Both the position numbers and the translations under genes were made by a program. The notes below the pieces were generated by a model. That model ran no database searches. It saw only the letters and a list, made by a program, of their open reading frames with translations, and had not been told where the DNA came from. This document shows positions 57,024 through 64,000 of a stretch of DNA of 64,000 nt, piece after piece. Source of the DNA: Gemmatimonadales bacterium (GTDB lineage Bacteria; Gemmatimonadota; Gemmatimonadetes; Gemmatimonadales; GWC2-71-9); assembly GCA_033764135.1 (NCBI GenBank), contig JANRJE010000008.1:25395-89394 (forward strand), written 5' to 3'. The stretch's first letter is position 1, and each line of letters begins with the position of its first letter.

Positions 57024-58429
57024 GGACGCCCCGCAGGACGGGCCGCGCCCGGCAACCGGGGCAGCGTTGTGCCACCCGGTCGCGCCCGTTCGAGTTGGAT
57101 CCCGTCGACCGGTTCCTGGCCACGGAACGCCTGCACCTCATCCACCCCTGGGGCCACCCCGGTTTTCATCTTCACGATGATGGTGTCAGCCCGGGTGTAG
57201 TTGATGGTCGGTTCCATCTGTCCTTCGCGCTCGACCTCGCGAGAGGTGAGCGAGGTGGCGTGACCGATCGCGATCATCTCCAGGAGCTGGGTCTGGCGGA
57301 CACCGGCCGAGTCGGCATCGATGAAGCGGGCGGTGATCCGGTCGCCGGTCATCTGATCCCTGATCGATTGGTCGGCTGACTGCCGGGCGGTCGAATCACG
57401 CTCGACGGCCATCGAATCGGTCTCCGGACTCCGCACCACCCCGTTGGCGAATACCCGCAACTCCCGCAACTGCTCTCCGGGGGTGTCGATCGCGATCGAA
57501 TCACCGCGGATGTCGTATCCCTGCGCGAGCACACGGGCCAGTCGGCGCTGATCCCATGCCATGGTTTGGGTCAACTTGCCGTCGGTGAGTGCCAGCGACA
57601 CCGAATCTCCGACCACGTCGGCGGTGCCGTTGGTGACGCGACCATCGCCCCAGGCACTGACCGCGTCGAGTTCGTCGGCAACCTCGTCGAATCCGAGCTC
57701 GACCTCGTTGCCGGTGACCGCGAAGGAGTCCGGGCCGGAGCGCACCAGCATCGCCTGCCCCCCCCTGAGCGTGGCACTGCGGTTCTCGCCCGTCCGATAC
57801 ACCGCCGAATCGCCGGTGCCGCGGAGCGAATCCCGGGTGATGACCACCTCGCCGAACGCCTCCATCAGAGAGGAGCCCCTGGCCACCAGACGGTCGGCGT
57901 CGATCACGTACGGCGACTGGTCGACGGTGTCGCCGGGAGCGCGCGCGACGGCGTGCGTGAGCTTGGGCCGGTCGCGGGCGTTGGTTTCGGAAGAATCACG
58001 GATTCCCGGCGCGGCGCGATAGTGGTCGAGCCATGGCCCGGTCACGGTGGTGCCGTTCAGCCGGTTGACGGCGACCACATTGCTGCGTGCTTGCACCCGC
58101 TCGTCCATCCGGGTGTAGAGCAAAGTGTCGGCGGTGATGTCGACTTCCTCGTCCCGGAAATAGGCGCGGGTCATGAACTGGATCACGTCGCCGTTGAACG
58201 AGGCCACCGAATCGGCTCCGATGAAGATTTCCTGCTGGGCGCAGCGGAGCTCGACGTTGCCGCCGGCAAAGAGGTTTTCGTTGCCGGTCACGGGGACATC
58301 GCGCACCGATTCACGATCGCTCCTGAGCAGCACGATGTTGCAGCGCCGGACCGCTGACTCCTGTGCCGAGAGCATGCCGTATGGCAGTGCGAGCGCCAGC
58401 ACCACGGCGAGCCGCAGCGAATGCGTCAC
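57020..58429 (-). CDS. OstA-like (LptA/LptD N-terminal beta-jellyroll) periplasmic protein
   Basis: Signal peptide; repeated (A/G)DS/T beta-jellyroll motifs; lies between lptC and lptB. Confidence 0.75.
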   Translation of the reverse strand: MTHSLRLAVVLALALPYGMLSAQESAVRRCNIVLLRSDRESVRDVPVTGNENLFAGGNVELRCAQQEIFIGADSVASFNGDVIQFMTRAYFRDEEVDITADTLLYTRMDERVQARSNVVAVNRLNGTTVTGPWLDHYRAAPGIRDSSETNARDRPKLTHAVARAPGDTVDQSPYVIDADRLVARGSSLMEAFGEVVITRDSLRGTGDSAVYRTGENRSATLRGGQAMLVRSGPDSFAVTGNEVELGFDEVADELDAVSAWGDGRVTNGTADVVGDSVSLALTDGKLTQTMAWDQRRLARVLAQGYDIRGDSIAIDTPGEQLRELRVFANGVVRSPETDSMAVERDSTARQSADQSIRDQMTGDRITARFIDADSAGVRQTQLLEMIAIGHATSLTSREVEREGQMEPTINYTRADTIIVKMKTGVAPGVDEVQAFRGQEPVDGIQLERARPGGTTLPRLPGAARPAGRP

Positions 58430-58974
58430 GGTGCCCCCTCGGAATTGTTGGGGAGGATGACGCCTGGTCCCCGCTGCCGACCCCGCGCTCCCGTGGTCTG
58501 GAAGCGCCGGAAGTCGGGATCAGTCGTGAACCCCATTCCCGAACCTTCCTCGGTGGGCGAGGTGAAGGTGTAGGCGGTGTCAGAGCGGATCTGATTGGCG
58601 ATCCGGTCAAAGATCAGATGCTCGGTCTTGACCACGCGGCCGTTGGGGGTGGTGGCCACCACGTTGCCGCGGGCGTCGAGGGTGCCGTCCCGCATCTGAT
58701 ACATCCCGGTGTCGGCTGTTACCGTCGAGGAAACGGCGCCATTCGGTTCGTAGAAGACGATCCTGACACCCTTGAGGTCGGCCACCTGCCGCGACTGGTA
58801 GATCCAGGCGGTGTCGGCTTCCAGCTCGGTGGTCTTGACGCCGTTCCGGGTGATCACGGTGCGCATCGAGTCGATCACCTGGTCGGACGAGTCGGCCAGG
58901 GTGGTGCGCATCGGCGCAACACCACGCGGTGAGCAGGCAGCCAGAGCCAGCAGGATCACCAGGAGGCGAATCAT
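58426..58974 (-). CDS. lptC: LPS export ABC transporter periplasmic protein LptC
   Basis: Lipobox LAAC; ADTG, GNVV, KTEHL, IRSD, G.GF.TD motifs; operon context. Confidence 0.85.
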   Translation of the reverse strand: MIRLLVILLALAACSPRGVAPMRTTLADSSDQVIDSMRTVITRNGVKTTELEADTAWIYQSRQVADLKGVRIVFYEPNGAVSSTVTADTGMYQMRDGTLDARGNVVATTPNGRVVKTEHLIFDRIANQIRSDTAYTFTSPTEEGSGMGFTTDPDFRRFQTTGARGRQRGPGVILPNNSEGAP

Positions 58975-59511
58975 GCCGCGCCTGCCCCGGCCAGATAGCG
59001 CTCAACCGCAGAGTCGTATTCGCCCCTGCTCTTCAGCAACCGCTCGATGACCTCGCGCACCGCACCATCCCCCCCCCTCGCCTCCGTGACGTGCCTCGCA
59101 GCCCGGATGACTTCGGCCCGGGCGTTGGCGACGGCAATCGGCAACCCGACGCGCACCATCACCGGGATGTCGGGGAGATCATCGCCGACGTAGGCCACCT
59201 GATCCCAGGCCAGACCCTTCCGTTCCAGCAGCGCGGTCAGGGAGGTCACCTTGGCCTCGGGAGGTACCTGGAGCAGCTCCGCCACGCCGAGCTCGGCGCC
59301 GCGGGCCGTGGTGGCGGCCGATTGCCGCCCGCTCAGCCAGGCGATCTCGATTCCGGTGCCCCGGAGCAGCGCGTGCCCGAGGCCGTCCTGGACATTGAAT
59401 CGCTTGCATTCCACCGTGACGCCGTCGTGCATGCCGAGATAGAGGCCGTTGTCGGTCTGCACGCCGTCGACATCGAAGGCAATCAGCCGGATCCGCCGGG
59501 ACGCCGCCAGG

Positions 59512-59519
<8 letters not shown>
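58971..59519 (-). CDS. kdsC: KDO 8-phosphate phosphatase (HAD)
   Basis: FDVDGVQTD, FNVQDGLG, YVGDDLPD, GGDGAVRE. Confidence 0.92.
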
Positions 59520-62737
<3,218 letters not shown>

Positions 62738-62742
62738 GATGT

Positions 62743-62771
62743 AAGCTATCCGAGAAGGGCCGTCCTGTCAA
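62743..62771 (-). promoter_or_regulatory. Sigma70 promoter of the kdsB operon (leaderless)
   Basis: Minus strand TTGACA-N17-TAGCTT-N5-GTG. Confidence 0.75.
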
Positions 62772-62822
62772 AAGTCGTGCCGTGTGGAAAACGCGGCAGG
62801 TAAGCGCTTGACTGGTAACCGA

Positions 62823-63416
62823 TTAGGAAGCGATTCCGGCCATACCCAGAAAGTTGGCCAGCATTGCCTTCCCGGTCGGCGTGGCTACCGATTCGGGGTG
62901 GAACTGGACACCCCACACTGGCAGGTCGCGGTGGCGGACCGCCATGATTTCAGCCCCGGGACCGCGATCAGTGGTCCACGCCGTGACGGCCAATTCAGCG
63001 GGAACGCTCTCCGGCTCGATCACCAGTGAGTGGTAGCGCATAACGGTCATCGGCTGGGGCAGCCCTGCGAAGAGGTCGGTGCTGTCGTGACTCACCTCGC
63101 TGGTCTTGCCATGCATCAGCCGGTCGGCCCGCACCACTCTGCCACCGAACGCCTCGCCGATCGCCTGGTGGCCGAGGCAGACGCCGAGCAGCGGCACTCC
63201 GGCCTCTGCGGCAGTCCGGATCAGCGGGACTGAGATGCCCGCCTCGCTCGGGGTGCAAGGACCGGGCGAGATGACAATCGCCGCCGGTCCCCGGGCGATC
63301 GCCTCCGCCGGGGTCAACTGGTCGTTGCGGACCACCTCGGGGTTGGCCCCGAGTTCGCCGAAATACTGGACCAGGTTCCAGGTGAAGGAGTCGTAGTTGT
63401 CGAGGACCAGAAGCAT
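62823..63416 (-). CDS. Anthranilate/aminodeoxychorismate synthase component II (TrpG/PabA)
   Basis: [37 protein letters not shown]. Confidence 0.94.
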   Translation of the reverse strand: MLLVLDNYDSFTWNLVQYFGELGANPEVVRNDQLTPAEAIARGPAAIVISPGPCTPSEAGISVPLIRTAAEAGVPLLGVCLGHQAIGEAFGGRVVRADRLMHGKTSEVSHDSTDLFAGLPQPMTVMRYHSLVIEPESVPAELAVTAWTTDRGPGAEIMAVRHRDLPVWGVQFHPESVATPTGKAMLANFLGMAGIAS

Positions 63417-63446
63417 GGAGGAAGATAGGGGTGTGCGGAGTCGACG

Positions 63447-64000
63447 CTATCCCCGTGGATGGAATTGACGATGCACCGTGCGCAGGTAATCCCGGTCGAC
63501 ATGAGTGTAGATCTGGGTGGTCGAGAGGTCGGCATGACCGAGCATCTCCTGCACCGCCCGCAGATCTGCCCCCCCCTCCAGAAGGTGGGTTGCGAACGAG
63601 TGCCGCAGCGTATGCGGGGTCACAACCTTCGTGATGCCGGCGCGCTGCGCATGCTTCTTCACGATTCCCCACGCCCCCACCCGGGACAGCGGGGTGCCGC
63701 GCGCATTGAGCAGCAGCCGGTTGCCCGACTCGCCGCGATCGAGCTCGGGACGCAACGTCGCGAGATAGGTGGCCACGGTCGAGACCACGCTGCGGCCGAC
63801 CGGGACCAGCCGTTCCTTCCGCCCCTTGCCGAAGGCGCGCACCAGCCCGTCATTGAGGAGCAGATCGGGGAGCCCGAGCTCACACAACTCCGAGACCCGG
63901 AGGCCAGCCCCGTAGGCGAGTTCCAGCAGCGCCCGATCGCGCCAGGCAAGGGCGTCATCCAGAGTCGGCGATTCAAGCAGCCGCTCCGCCTCCCGAACGG
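63447..64000 (-). CDS. xerD: Tyrosine recombinase XerD (5' truncated by window edge)
   Basis: RDRALLELAYGAGLRVSEL, GKGRKERLVP, HTLRHSFATHLL, LGHADLSTTQIYTHV, C-terminal HPR. Confidence 0.88.
   Translation of the reverse strand, partial: VREAERLLESPTLDDALAWRDRALLELAYGAGLRVSELCELGLPDLLLNDGLVRAFGKGRKERLVPVGRSVVSTVATYLATLRPELDRGESGNRLLLNARGTPLSRVGAWGIVKKHAQRAGITKVVTPHTLRHSFATHLLEGGADLRAVQEMLGHADLSTTQIYTHVDRDYLRTVHRQFHPRG

Noticed and set aside
63447-64000. Tyrosine recombinase as a phage or integron integrase
   Set aside because: Motifs (LGHADLSTTQIYTHV, terminal HPR) and housekeeping context fit XerD; no IntI-specific insertion visible

Overview
High-GC bacterial chromosomal window. Gene content suggests Gemmatimonadota, which is an inference. 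The window spans the replication terminus: a clear XerCD dif site lies at 42934-42961, housekeeping genes run toward it from both sides, local G/C skew flips there, and xerD is cut off at the right edge. The left arm (+ strand) carries rlmH-bshC-murJ-uvrC-thrC, tRNA-Gly(CCC), DUF512-der-plsY-gpsA-merR, surE-pcm-dedA, tRNA-Arg(CCT), transporters, a csp/desaturase pair, a sigma54-preceded PEP-CTERM gene, tyrA and Rrf2-ompW. The right arm (- strand) carries xerD, trpG/pabA and a long kdsB-pyrG-kdsA-kdsC-lptC-(OstA-like)-lptB-rpoN-glycosyltransferase-YfhO-dapF operon. Accessory DNA clusters around the terminus in three blocks. (i) 28.4-35.5 kb holds uncharacterised exported proteins that share a GATTY-N12-CGCAAG upstream motif. 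It is built on a duplicated junction (TPR-gene 3' end, heptamer palindrome, lipoprotein promoter and signal peptide), with one extra gene between the two copies and another inside one heptamer palindrome. This is the best candidate for an undescribed system. (ii) A TetR-nitroreductase-nitronate monooxygenase island has two visible operators. (iii) An M.NaeI/NgoMIV-like C5-methyltransferase is paired with a KpnI-like HNH nuclease. I saw no CRISPR array, IS, prophage or rRNA. All family assignments come from motif recognition by eye, not database searches.
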